This document shows positions 1-8,916 of a stretch of DNA of 64,000 nt, piece after piece (position 1 is the stretch's first letter; the number at the start of each line of letters is the position of its first letter). A program made the position numbers and the translations under genes. The stretch is taken from the sequence record MK817115.1. One strand, given 5' to 3'. Origin of the DNA: Escherichia phage vB_EcoM_phAPEC6. Below the pieces are notes generated by a model. The model saw only the letters and a list, made by a program, of their open reading frames with translations, did no database searches and had not been told where the DNA came from.

Positions 1-195
1 TTGTAAACAAACCAACTTTAGGATGGAATCCCATTTGAATACACAAACAATCTTCATCCTTATATTTCAAGTATATAGCTTTTGACGTTGCTAGTACTTT
101 AGATTTTGGGAAATAAAAATCACCCATCAGCTTCTGACGTTTCCAGTCCTCATATACAACTGGATGCTTAACCTTCTTCAATTGGTGCAGTACTG

Positions 196-579
196 TCATA
201 GTTTTTTCCAGTCCAATGAATCGAAATCGATTTGTTCAGGATTATCAACAGCGACAACTCGTGCATTATGAAGAGTTTCAAAGTAGCCGTTCCACGGTGT
301 ACGTACTGGAATTTTTTCATCTCCAATTTTTACAAAGAAAGAGAATTCACATGACATTGGATCAAACCATTCTTTATGTTTGGCTTCATCGATTATTGTC
401 GCACGTTCGTTACTATATGCATCATCGAGTTTCTTAAAGAATACCCAATGCTCTTTCAAAGACTGTAATGCTACAACTGCCTCATCCTTTGATTCCCATT
501 GAACATCCAATGTATTGGTAACTGAATCTTCAGTTTCAGTGTCCCCTGTAGTGTAATGTACTTCAATGCTGTATTTCAT
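196..579 (-). CDS. hypothetical protein (127 aa)
   Basis: Intact minus-strand ORF abutting the next gene; no motif recognised. Confidence 0.4.
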   Translation of the reverse strand: MKYSIEVHYTTGDTETEDSVTNTLDVQWESKDEAVVALQSLKEHWVFFKKLDDAYSNERATIIDEAKHKEWFDPMSCEFSFFVKIGDEKIPVRTPWNGYFETLHNARVVAVDNPEQIDFDSLDWKKL

Positions 580-1034
580 TAATCATCGCCTTTTAATAAT
601 TTACAAATTTCAATCATATGATAATAACATGTATTCCAAAATTGTCCATTAGTACTTCCAACATCATGCACAGTACTTTGTTGGAAAACATATTCATCGT
701 TGAACATCATTTTAATATCATCAATGTAAAATTCTGGTTTTGAATCATTATTGTATTCAATACTCGTTTCACCATCTGGATCAAGTGAAATTGATGATAT
801 GTCGTGAATTCCTCTCGGATTTGTTGGATAAATTCTCAACGTAAGAGGATAGAAGTCTGGATCGGTTTCATAAGTATATTCGATTATGTAATAACCATCA
901 CCAGTAATTGATTGATATTTAAATGTAGTTTCAATTGAATTTGAGATGTTAAATCCCAGTTTCTTTATCTCATGTAGATGTGATAATATTTTATGTAAAG
1001 ATCCTAAAACATGAATCAAATTATCAATTTTCAT
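579..1034 (-). CDS. small protein, FQxS-block tandem paralog family (151 aa)
   Basis: C-proximal block NDEYVFQQSTVHD shared with eight neighbouring ORFs; N-terminal part diverged. Confidence 0.55.
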   Translation of the reverse strand: MKIDNLIHVLGSLHKILSHLHEIKKLGFNISNSIETTFKYQSITGDGYYIIEYTYETDPDFYPLTLRIYPTNPRGIHDISSISLDPDGETSIEYNNDSKPEFYIDDIKMMFNDEYVFQQSTVHDVGSTNGQFWNTCYYHMIEICKLLKGDD

Positions 1035-1573
1035 TTACGATCCTTTGAAAAGTTCAGTTTAAAAGTTTTACCAAATTCCATTGTAGCTTTATCCAGATTG
1101 TTAATATTTTCTTTCAACATTTCTTGCATCTTCCTAATACTTTCAATCCAGGCTTCTTCTTCGATACGAAGAATTGGTCGCAATCGTTCCTGAATATCGT
1201 TAAAACGTGTATTGAGTTCAACCAATGATTCATATGTGAAATCTTTCATATCGATAATAGTACTTCTTTGAAAGAATTCTTCTTCAGACAAATTACTTAA
1301 AATGATTTTATCACGACCAATAGATAATGTCAATTCATCATCTTTATTTTTTTTAATTACAATACTAACAGGTGTTTTTAATGTAATGCAAATATCATGA
1401 TTATTAAATGTTTCAGTTTGGTTTGACATTCTGAATTGAAGTTTCCCAGATAAAGCATGTACTGGTGATGGTTTCTTTTTACCAGTAATAACATCTTCCC
1501 ATGAATCGAGAATATTATTAATAATTTTAACATAAGGAATTGGCATATATGCACCTATGAAAAATCCACGCAA
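1031..1573 (-). CDS. small protein, FQxS-block tandem paralog family (180 aa)
   Basis: Block SEEEFFQRSTIID followed by predicted helix; start overlaps upstream stop (ATGA). Confidence 0.55.
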   Translation of the reverse strand: MRGFFIGAYMPIPYVKIINNILDSWEDVITGKKKPSPVHALSGKLQFRMSNQTETFNNHDICITLKTPVSIVIKKNKDDELTLSIGRDKIILSNLSEEEFFQRSTIIDMKDFTYESLVELNTRFNDIQERLRPILRIEEEAWIESIRKMQEMLKENINNLDKATMEFGKTFKLNFSKDRK

Positions 1574-1588
1574 TGCGTGGATTTGTAA

Positions 1589-2119
1589 TTATTCAAGTAT
1601 AGTAATTTCAATTAAACGAATTTCGATAAACTCGTTTTCAGTTTCCCATGACGTGCCAAATTTCTTTTCAAGTTCAGATTTCACATCACTTTTAAATTTT
1701 CCCATAGTATTAGGAATAATTTGTTTGGTTAATTTGTCGTAACCACAATAAAACATAGGTTTCTCCCTTCGAGATATTAGCTGAACAAAATCTTTTGGAT
1801 ATGCAGGTATGTTATGCATCACTTCATGAATACACTCAGTACTTGAATCTTGTACTTTGTACATTACATTAAGTTTACCTCTGAAATTTGCGGTCATATC
1901 AACAATAGTTCCTTTACCCGATTTAAGTAAAGTTCCATTCTTTGAATGAGAGCAATAAAATACCTCATCACCAATATTAGGATAATACAAATTAAATTCT
2001 AATTCAGATTTTACAGCCAGCCGTTTGAAACTTTCTGTACGTTTTATATAAGTTTGGTATTTGTTTATGTTCAAAAGAATATCTCTCTTAGTAAATGTGA
2101 TATAACTGGCATAGTCCAT
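1589..2119 (-). CDS. hypothetical protein (176 aa)
   Basis: ORF; 5' end overlaps methyltransferase ORF by 49 nt so true start may be an internal Met. Confidence 0.4.
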   Translation of the reverse strand: MDYASYITFTKRDILLNINKYQTYIKRTESFKRLAVKSELEFNLYYPNIGDEVFYCSHSKNGTLLKSGKGTIVDMTANFRGKLNVMYKVQDSSTECIHEVMHNIPAYPKDFVQLISRREKPMFYCGYDKLTKQIIPNTMGKFKSDVKSELEKKFGTSWETENEFIEIRLIEITILE

Positions 2120-2931
2120 CCATTCCCAAGCATTTTGTATGCTTGTGTCTTACTAGACACTTTAAAGAAATCTTCAGGAACACCCTGTAATTTACAACAT
2201 TCTACTACACTTAAGTGTCTATAGTCAATATTTCTTTTGCCATTCTCTAATAGATATTGACGACTGATCACTGGGTCACGAAACACCAATTGTCGTCTGG
2301 ATTTATTAAAGTACTGGTTACAATCACCACCTTTAAAATAGTTAGCATCTATACAGTACGAAGCGGTTCTGTCAGTGTACCAACCATCTTCAATAATATC
2401 TTGAAGTTTAGGTGCATTGGATAATGCAGGTGGTATAAAAAGCTTATCAGTACTGTACCAGTAATATCTCTGCCTGAAGTGAGGCGTATAATGCTGGGAG
2501 TTTATCAGTACTGGCGTGATTCCTAAAATACTATTAATGTATTCTTTGAAATCTTCCTTCATTTTAACATTTTCAAACAGAAATTTCAAGTTAGGATTGA
2601 GACTTTTGATATGATCAAAAATTTCAACCATTACTAAAAATAACTGCCCACGTATATCATTTAAACCACCCTGTTTACCTGCAACTGACCAGGCTTGGCA
2701 TGGGAAACCACCCATTAATAAATCTATTTTGTCCCACTCAATATCCCATTCTCTCCACTTAGTTACATCACCCAATTGGATAATATCAGGAAAGTTAGAT
2801 TGAGATTCAGCTATTGCGTACTTATCAATTTCGGATGAATAATATTTTTCAACTGGGATACCCGCATCTTGCAATGCCATATATCCCACACTCATTCCAT
2901 TAAAAAGAGAAAGTACTCGGATAGGTTTCAT
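2071..2931 (-). CDS. DNA (cytosine-5)-methyltransferase
   Basis: C5-MTase motifs in order: FNGMSVG (motif I), GFPCQAWS (PCQ, motif IV), ENV (motif VI), RQR (VIII), GNG (X). Confidence 0.85.
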   Translation of the reverse strand: MKPIRVLSLFNGMSVGYMALQDAGIPVEKYYSSEIDKYAIAESQSNFPDIIQLGDVTKWREWDIEWDKIDLLMGGFPCQAWSVAGKQGGLNDIRGQLFLVMVEIFDHIKSLNPNLKFLFENVKMKEDFKEYINSILGITPVLINSQHYTPHFRQRYYWYSTDKLFIPPALSNAPKLQDIIEDGWYTDRTASYCIDANYFKGGDCNQYFNKSRRQLVFRDPVISRQYLLENGKRNIDYRHLSVVECCKLQGVPEDFFKVSSKTQAYKMLGNGWTMPVISHLLREIFF

Positions 2932-2983
2932 ATAAAATCCTTTTTATATTGTTAAGGTACTATAATATATTATAGCATCTTAT

Positions 2984-3274
2984 TTAGAAATCTTCCAAAC
3001 TTTTTTCATCACACCATCGTGATGTACAGATGATTGCAGATGCCAGAATTGAAGCACTTGCACGTCCTCCACCGAGTAAATACTGGCTAATTACGCCAAT
3101 CATATTGAACACTTTATCATACTCGGTTAGTTGTTCAAAACCTTTCTTCCAATGCTGATATTCTTCTTCTGTGACATTAAACTCACCATCAAGTTCCTTT
3201 AAAATCTTTTTAAGCACAGCACTATGTTCACTCATCATCATCTCCATATCGTTCGTCATAAAAATCATCATCAC
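2984..3274 (-). CDS. hypothetical protein (96 aa)
   Basis: ORF only. Confidence 0.35.
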   Translation of the reverse strand: MMMIFMTNDMEMMMSEHSAVLKKILKELDGEFNVTEEEYQHWKKGFEQLTEYDKVFNMIGVISQYLLGGGRASASILASAIICTSRWCDEKSLEDF

Positions 3275-3313
3275 GATCTAATGGTTCTTTTGGCTTTTCA
3301 GACATATATTTCC

Positions 3314-3574
3314 TCACATGGTAAAGGTATTATCACCATCCATATCTTCATCAGTTGCTTCAGCTAATGTCTTGATTGTAAGTAATCCACGCTTCACGTA
3401 CAACATGAAGACCTTTTCATAATTACCAAACATAATCTCAGGTGACATGTAATTCTCTGTTACAATGACGATTGGACGGCCCTGTGAAAGCATACGAAAC
3501 ATAGTACGATATTTGTCAAATGTGCGAAATTCATCCATGTTCATCATGTGGCGTTTACGAACTACTTTAGTCAT
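3314..3574 (-). CDS. hypothetical protein (86 aa)
   Basis: ORF only. Confidence 0.35.
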   Translation of the reverse strand: MTKVVRKRHMMNMDEFRTFDKYRTMFRMLSQGRPIVIVTENYMSPEIMFGNYEKVFMLYVKRGLLTIKTLAEATDEDMDGDNTFTM

Positions 3575-3588
3575 CTTATTACCTTTAG

Positions 3589-4029
3589 TTAATTGAACTC
3601 TACTTCTGGATAATGATTATAGAACATCTCACGAACTGCGTCAAGATGTTCTTGAAATTGTTTTATATCTTCTAATGATGGTGCATCAATAACAGTACTA
3701 AGTTGAAACAACGATTCTTCTGTGTTATATAGTGACATATCAAATGAATTATTGTTGTCATCAGTTATGATATTATCACAAATTTCGTAAGTGTCAATAC
3801 AAACATCATCAAGTGTTGTATTATCATATACAGTGTATACGAATACAAAAATAAAAGAAGAATGTTCTTTACCATAACGCGGTGGGTCATATGTCACATA
3901 GCATTTGTGATCAAATGTATCGAGTTCCATAGACACCACCCCAGCTTCACGATATTCATTAGTTTCACTGGTAAGATCCGGTATTGATGTTATCGAAAGT
4001 AAGTGGAGAAATTTACTTGGATTTAGCAT
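3589..4029 (-). CDS. small protein, FQxS-block tandem paralog family (146 aa)
   Basis: Block TEESLFQLSTVID. Confidence 0.55.
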   Translation of the reverse strand: MLNPSKFLHLLSITSIPDLTSETNEYREAGVVSMELDTFDHKCYVTYDPPRYGKEHSSFIFVFVYTVYDNTTLDDVCIDTYEICDNIITDDNNNSFDMSLYNTEESLFQLSTVIDAPSLEDIKQFQEHLDAVREMFYNHYPEVEFN

Positions 4030-4484
4030 TTCACCACCATTGGATTTTGCGACTGTATATTAAAAAGGGATAATACAAAAGTACTCAATTTTTCGAAACA
4101 ATCTACTAATACATTTAACTCATCATAACTAACACCAATTTCACGAATAAGCGATTGTTGAAAGAATCCTTCTTCGGTTAACGTTAAACTACTAACCTCA
4201 GTTATGTTATAATAACTTTGGGATGTTGTGGTTGATATTAGTTGTATTGAAATCGTATCTGATGTTGTGTTGTACAGATATAAATATTTTGTTTTTCTTT
4301 CCAATGGATCTATACATGAAAGATCGATCATGTCATAGGTTTTTCCAATAAAAATATTACAATCATCTGACAATTCACAACAAATGCGTATATGTTCTTT
4401 CGGGTCATGAACACGTTGTGTGTCAAATTCACATGACATTGCAATTTCAAAATGATTTTTTATTTCGTCAACATTCATCTGCAC
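4023..4484 (-). CDS. small protein, FQxS-block tandem paralog family (153 aa)
   Basis: Block TEEGFFQQSLIRE. Confidence 0.55.
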   Translation of the reverse strand: MQMNVDEIKNHFEIAMSCEFDTQRVHDPKEHIRICCELSDDCNIFIGKTYDMIDLSCIDPLERKTKYLYLYNTTSDTISIQLISTTTSQSYYNITEVSSLTLTEEGFFQQSLIREIGVSYDELNVLVDCFEKLSTFVLSLFNIQSQNPMVVKC

Positions 4485-4852
4485 CCACCATTAATTCTTA
4501 TATTTGTATAGTTTAATGCTTTTTTAATAATACCAATTTCTGTAATTCCTATTACATTTTTCTCAATCAATGACAATTGGAATAGTTCCTCTTCGGAAAT
4601 ATCAATACTGTGGATTCTTGTACAATAATCGTTGAAGTCATATACATATCGTATTGTATAGTCGTTTATAGAAACTGATACAATTGCAATCCCATCATGG
4701 ATGTAAGTTAGTTCATTTGAGTATCTATTAAAAATTAACCTATCTGGTGAACCTATTGGTAGTTGAAATGTATTTCTAGTATCTTGAACAATAACAAAAT
4801 CATCATCTATATTTCTACTCAGAACACCCAAAATATCATATATAGTAGTCAT
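4475..4852 (-). CDS. small protein, FQxS-block tandem paralog family (125 aa)
   Basis: Block SEEELFQLSLIEK. Confidence 0.55.
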   Translation of the reverse strand: MTTIYDILGVLSRNIDDDFVIVQDTRNTFQLPIGSPDRLIFNRYSNELTYIHDGIAIVSVSINDYTIRYVYDFNDYCTRIHSIDISEEELFQLSLIEKNVIGITEIGIIKKALNYTNIRINGGCR

Positions 4853-4853
4853 G

Positions 4854-5258
4854 TTATTCTTTACCTTCAGCAGTTCTGATAATTTTCATAACTTCTCTGG
4901 ATAGTGCGTATATTTTTTTATAGTACTCAAATGTAACTGAACCAAAATCATTAATAGTACTAGCCATGAAGAACGATTCTTCTGTATATAGTTCATTTGA
5001 CAAAGCAACCAGTTCTTGGTGAAATTTTGCGTCCTTCCAATAACGAAATTCAAAAACAAATTGTCCGTCATGACCGACTCTACAACATTCAGAACGATCA
5101 CTGTCTACACAGCTAAACACAATATCCCTTTCAGAGTCGTACCAGATATTTCCAATATTTGTTTCAATAACAGCATAATCAATTTTTTTAGAATTTGGAA
5201 TTAAACCTTTTTTCACCAGCACTAAACTGGTATTATCAATATCTAGTAAACTTACCAT
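4854..5258 (-). CDS. small protein, FQxS-block tandem paralog family (134 aa)
   Basis: Block TEESFFMASTIND (Q replaced by M/A). Confidence 0.5.
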   Translation of the reverse strand: MVSLLDIDNTSLVLVKKGLIPNSKKIDYAVIETNIGNIWYDSERDIVFSCVDSDRSECCRVGHDGQFVFEFRYWKDAKFHQELVALSNELYTEESFFMASTINDFGSVTFEYYKKIYALSREVMKIIRTAEGKE

Positions 5259-5259
5259 A

Positions 5260-5670
5260 TCAATTCCCCATTACTAAAGTGTTTTTAATCTCCAACAATT
5301 CACTATACATATTCTTCAATTGTAATATATCTTCAAAAGTAATACCACCAAGATCATCAACTAATGAACGTTGGAATAAAGATTCACTTGTTTGTAATGT
5401 ATCTAAATCGGTGATTTTTAATAAAGAACTTGGATTAAGTGTTTCGACTAGTAGTATGTTTTTGTATGGTACATATGTGATCTTGATGTTCTTTTTATAA
5501 TTAATCTTATAAAATCGCATAATTGACGATTCATCACTTAGTTGGATAATTGGGTCGTCTTGATCATTAGACCACCATACAGTACTAGTCATATGATTGA
5601 CGTGGTGGTTCAATTCTGATATGTCCAAATCTAAAAAATATTTTAGTTCATTGTGTAAATCTAAACTCAT
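5260..5670 (-). CDS. small protein, FQxS-block tandem paralog family (136 aa)
   Basis: Block TSESLFQRSLVDD. Confidence 0.55.
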   Translation of the reverse strand: MSLDLHNELKYFLDLDISELNHHVNHMTSTVWWSNDQDDPIIQLSDESSIMRFYKINYKKNIKITYVPYKNILLVETLNPSSLLKITDLDTLQTSESLFQRSLVDDLGGITFEDILQLKNMYSELLEIKNTLVMGN

Positions 5671-5725
5671 AAATTTATCCTCAATGCAGCATCATCATGT
5701 ATTGTAGGATAAACCCACAATAATG

Positions 5726-6121
5726 TCAAGATGTGAAATAATTATACCAGTAATATAGTTCTTTTAATTCTTCAGTACTGAACAATACTTCTTCTATTGT
5801 AGATTGTTGAAAGTGATATTCATCATTTAGATACATAGAAATATTACTATATACTTTCCTATTGTATTGACATAAAAAAGAAGTTTTTTGATTAATGTAT
5901 TCAGTAAATGTTAATTTATCTAACTCAATATCGAATGATAATTTAATAATATGACTATTATCATTTACATACATTAGTTTCTTTGAAAAATGATCAATTG
6001 TAATATATTCTTTATGAGAGAACTGAAATATATTATTAAATTTATTACCATTTGTGCTTCTAAATTTTTCAAGGTAATAAGAAAGTGGTTTAATTATTGA
6101 AGTTCCAATATTGTTCTTCAT
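5726..6121 (-). CDS. small protein, FQxS-block tandem paralog family (131 aa)
   Basis: Block NDEYHFQQSTIEE; GAGGA-like RBS upstream. Confidence 0.55.
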   Translation of the reverse strand: MKNNIGTSIIKPLSYYLEKFRSTNGNKFNNIFQFSHKEYITIDHFSKKLMYVNDNSHIIKLSFDIELDKLTFTEYINQKTSFLCQYNRKVYSNISMYLNDEYHFQQSTIEEVLFSTEELKELYYWYNYFTS

Positions 6122-6140
6122 ATATCCTCAATTTTAGATA

Positions 6141-6165
6141 AGAAAAATGCCCCGAAGATCGGGGC
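6141..6165 (-). terminator. intrinsic terminator-like hairpin (GCCCCGA-loop-TCGGGGC) with T-tract on minus strand
   Basis: Perfect 7-bp GC-rich inverted repeat followed on the minus strand by TTTTTCT. Confidence 0.55.
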
Positions 6166-6281
6166 AGTACTAAAATGATTTTGTACCAAAAGGGGAATAA
6201 GAACAAAATGAAAATATAATAACGCATCATTATTATGTAAGGGAGGAAAGTAACATGATATGTTAACCATTTCTGGTATAT

Positions 6282-6833
6282 TTATTTATCATTTAATTCT
6301 TTAAGTTGGGTTTGTATATCTTTAGTTATATTTCGAATTTTCTTAAAGCAATAAACACTATCGTCCAATTCGATTTTAAGTTCATGTGTAAATGCATACA
6401 GAAGTTCAGCAAATACTAAATCTTGACGCATCCAGTTTCCATCTTTATATAAAGTCATTACACAATATGGGCATTCACTATTAGAAGTTTGCTTTCCAAT
6501 AAAAACACTTTGAATTGATTCATGCTTAAAGCCAATAAAACTTTCATTTATTTTTTTAATTTCAGTACTGATATCGAATTTAGCACTGGTGTTGATTGCA
6601 AAAATTTTATTCCCACTTTCATCAGTATTGATATTGAGTTCAATATCACTACCTAGTTTACGTACTGCTAGAGTATAAAGAAGTAATTCATACATGTCGT
6701 AACTTGTTACATTACCATTTGGTGCAATTACATCAACACTAACACCGTGCATTTTTACTTCTGTATTAAATCCATCTTTATCAGAAAGAAAATCAGTGAT
6801 TTGCTTTGTAAGGATTTTAATTTGGTCTATCAT
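6282..6833 (-). CDS. hypothetical protein (183 aa)
   Basis: ORF inside the paralog array but lacking the shared block. Confidence 0.4.
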   Translation of the reverse strand: MIDQIKILTKQITDFLSDKDGFNTEVKMHGVSVDVIAPNGNVTSYDMYELLLYTLAVRKLGSDIELNINTDESGNKIFAINTSAKFDISTEIKKINESFIGFKHESIQSVFIGKQTSNSECPYCVMTLYKDGNWMRQDLVFAELLYAFTHELKIELDDSVYCFKKIRNITKDIQTQLKELNDK

Positions 6834-6850
6834 ATTTCATTTCCTTATGT

Positions 6851-6877
6851 GATAAAAGCCTCCATAATGGAGGCTTT
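6851..6877 (-). terminator. intrinsic terminator-like hairpin (AAAGCCTCC-ATAAT-GGAGGCTTT)
   Basis: 9-bp perfect inverted repeat flanked by A/T runs on both sides; lies between two minus-strand genes. Confidence 0.55.
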
Positions 6878-6886
6878 TGTATTTAC

Positions 6887-7315
6887 TTAGAGAGATTCTT
6901 CGTATTCAGCAACAATCTCAACCATTTCATTAATGAACTTGATGTGAGAATGTGTCACTGTACGGAAGTCGTAAACAAGTGACTGTTGGAAAAATACATC
7001 TTCATCAAGAGAACCATCAAAGTTCAAATCAATGTTTTCATCGTCATTGCTTGGTGCAACTTTAATATTCAGAAGATTTTCATCAACTGCAAGTTTTACA
7101 ACACAACCCAGTGCAATGGCAAGAACATATGCTGGTTTCTTAGCTTTTTCATTACGGAATGGTGCACGTAGAGCACAAAAAGTACTGCTAATCTCATCAT
7201 TTGGTTCTTTGTATTTAACATTGACCATTAGTTCTTCGATTTTGACGCTCTCAATAACACGACCAGTTTCTGGAGCGAAGAAAGAATGTTCACGGATAGT
7301 TTGTTCGATATTCAT
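6887..7315 (-). CDS. small protein, FQxS-block tandem paralog family (142 aa)
   Basis: Block LDEDVFFQQSLVYD. Confidence 0.55.
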   Translation of the reverse strand: MNIEQTIREHSFFAPETGRVIESVKIEELMVNVKYKEPNDEISSTFCALRAPFRNEKAKKPAYVLAIALGCVVKLAVDENLLNIKVAPSNDDENIDLNFDGSLDEDVFFQQSLVYDFRTVTHSHIKFINEMVEIVAEYEESL

Positions 7316-7318
7316 ATA

Positions 7319-7513
7319 TTATTCCTTATTTAGATTGCTAAAAATACGAAGATTGCGGTTTGCTTTAAACTGTTTCAAATCACCAAATCTATCATCAACG
7401 ATGAAAGTTGCTGATTTCTTTGACTGACATATTGTACAAATCAACATACCTTGTATTGTATACTCAGTTGAGCAATTTGTACAGTACTTTTTTTCATAAA
7501 GTTCAGTACTCAT
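7319..7513 (-). CDS. small zinc-ribbon protein (64 aa)
   Basis: Two CxxC pairs (CTNC ... CTIC). Confidence 0.4.
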   Translation of the reverse strand: MSTELYEKKYCTNCSTEYTIQGMLICTICQSKKSATFIVDDRFGDLKQFKANRNLRIFSNLNKE

Positions 7514-7845
7514 AAAACCTTCACATCAGTACGTTTTTCTCTTTGTTCTTTTTTAACCTCATCAGTTCTAGTATCTTCTAATTGTAACACAACTTCTTTT
7601 AGAATGTCAACATCAATTGTTGCTTCTACATATTGATAGTCGTTTACACCAAAAACATACTTTACTGCAACCCATACACGGTTATACCATTTTAAAAAAG
7701 GATTTAAACGCATACTTATCAGACATTGACCAAGTTTATCATCTCCATATTCCTCTGTCAAGTCAAATTGTGCAATGTGAACGCAATGCTCCATTTTATC
7801 GCCACAAGAACAACGTAAAATATACTCTTTACTATCTTCACTCAT
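7510..7845 (-). CDS. hypothetical Cys/His-containing protein (111 aa)
   Basis: CSCG...HCVH cluster near N-terminus. Confidence 0.35.
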   Translation of the reverse strand: MSEDSKEYILRCSCGDKMEHCVHIAQFDLTEEYGDDKLGQCLISMRLNPFLKWYNRVWVAVKYVFGVNDYQYVEATIDVDILKEVVLQLEDTRTDEVKKEQREKRTDVKVL

Positions 7846-8264
7846 ACTGGATAAGCCTTTAAAAATTGTTTAAGAACTCCAAACTTAGATGAATCGTAAT
7901 CGTATTGATAGTTAAGCTCTCGCTTATCATTCATACGATACACCATATGAAAATTTGGATAACCAATTCTAACAGGTTTTTTAGGATTAGCAAGTAAAAT
8001 TGCCCATTCTTTTACAGGAAATACGTTTTCAGACAGCATTTTGATATTTGTTTCAAAATACTTCATGGCTTGCTTTCCGTGCTTGTAATCTTCTTCACTA
8101 ATCTCTTGACAATCAATTCTATGTGTTTCGGTATCTAACACCCATTGTTGATCTTCGGTATATAAATCAATTACATCATCAATAGTATAACTATCAGGTA
8201 AATCATAAAATACCCAATGAGATAAACCAGAACTTACACCAATTCGAATTTTAAAGAACTTCAT
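7842..8264 (-). CDS. hypothetical protein (140 aa)
   Basis: ORF only. Confidence 0.35.
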   Translation of the reverse strand: MKFFKIRIGVSSGLSHWVFYDLPDSYTIDDVIDLYTEDQQWVLDTETHRIDCQEISEEDYKHGKQAMKYFETNIKMLSENVFPVKEWAILLANPKKPVRIGYPNFHMVYRMNDKRELNYQYDYDSSKFGVLKQFLKAYPV

Positions 8265-8422
8265 TCTTTATCACCTTTTACATAATTATAACACACGACA
8301 CAGTGAATTACAAGAAGAATTATTTCCACAATATTAAGAGACAATACATGACTCTGCGGTGTGAAAAGTGCCAATAACAACATTATAGCAGGTATTGTGA
8401 ATATTTTCCAAGTTTTTTTCAT
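8261..8422 (-). CDS. small hydrophobic membrane protein (53 aa, internal start of the 8261..8566 ORF)
   Basis: Starting at the internal Met removes the overlap with 8424..8654; product is two hydrophobic segments. Confidence 0.3.
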   Translation of the reverse strand: MKKTWKIFTIPAIMLLLALFTPQSHVLSLNIVEIILLVIHCVVCYNYVKGDKE

Positions 8423-8423
8423 T

Positions 8424-8654
8424 TTATTCCTTTGTATATGCATATGGTAAAAATAAAACCTCTGCATTAGGAATGCATTGTGCCAATCCTTCAACAATAG
8501 ATTTGTTTTTATTACATTGCCAAACTTTAGTAATTTTATGTCTAAATACTTTTTTATCAACGACAATCCAGTACATGTCCATTTTAACAGTACTGTTATC
8601 AGATGGTGTTAGTAAAGTATCGATGTCATATGTATCAAAGATTTTGTCGTTCAT
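8424..8654 (-). CDS. hypothetical protein (76 aa)
   Basis: ORF in series with neighbours. Confidence 0.35.
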   Translation of the reverse strand: MNDKIFDTYDIDTLLTPSDNSTVKMDMYWIVVDKKVFRHKITKVWQCNKNKSIVEGLAQCIPNAEVLFLPYAYTKE

Positions 8655-8916
8655 ATAATCTCCTAATAAAATATTCTCGATTCTCTCTTATATACCCAGA
8701 TACACAGTTAGTTGTGGCTTGGTTAGTGAATGAAATCTCACTATTGGACACGCCATTTGCATCACACAAAGGACATATTCCCATGTACTTGGGGGTCGGG
8801 TAGGTGTCCAATTTGTATTTTCCATTACATACCATGTACTGCTGTGGCAATACATCTAATATTATTTCATATTCTTCATCAAACACCTTGAAGCATACCC
8901 AACATTTACCCATCAT
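8635..8916 (-). CDS. Cys-rich small protein (93 aa)
   Basis: CWVC...CNG...CPLC pattern suggests a zinc-binding fold. Confidence 0.35.
   Translation of the reverse strand: MMGKCWVCFKVFDEEYEIILDVLPQQYMVCNGKYKLDTYPTPKYMGICPLCDANGVSNSEISFTNQATTNCVSGYIRENREYFIRRLYERQNL

Noticed and set aside
6239-6306. Strong plus-strand Shine-Dalgarno (AAGGGAGGA) followed by ATG
   Set aside because: The downstream frames are only 3 and 14 codons long; likely chance or a minor peptide, not reported as a gene.
8261-8566. Full-length 101-aa ORF 8261-8566
   Set aside because: Its 5' half overlaps 8424-8654 in another frame; starting at the internal Met (8422) gives a non-overlapping 53-aa membrane protein, which I reported instead at low confidence.
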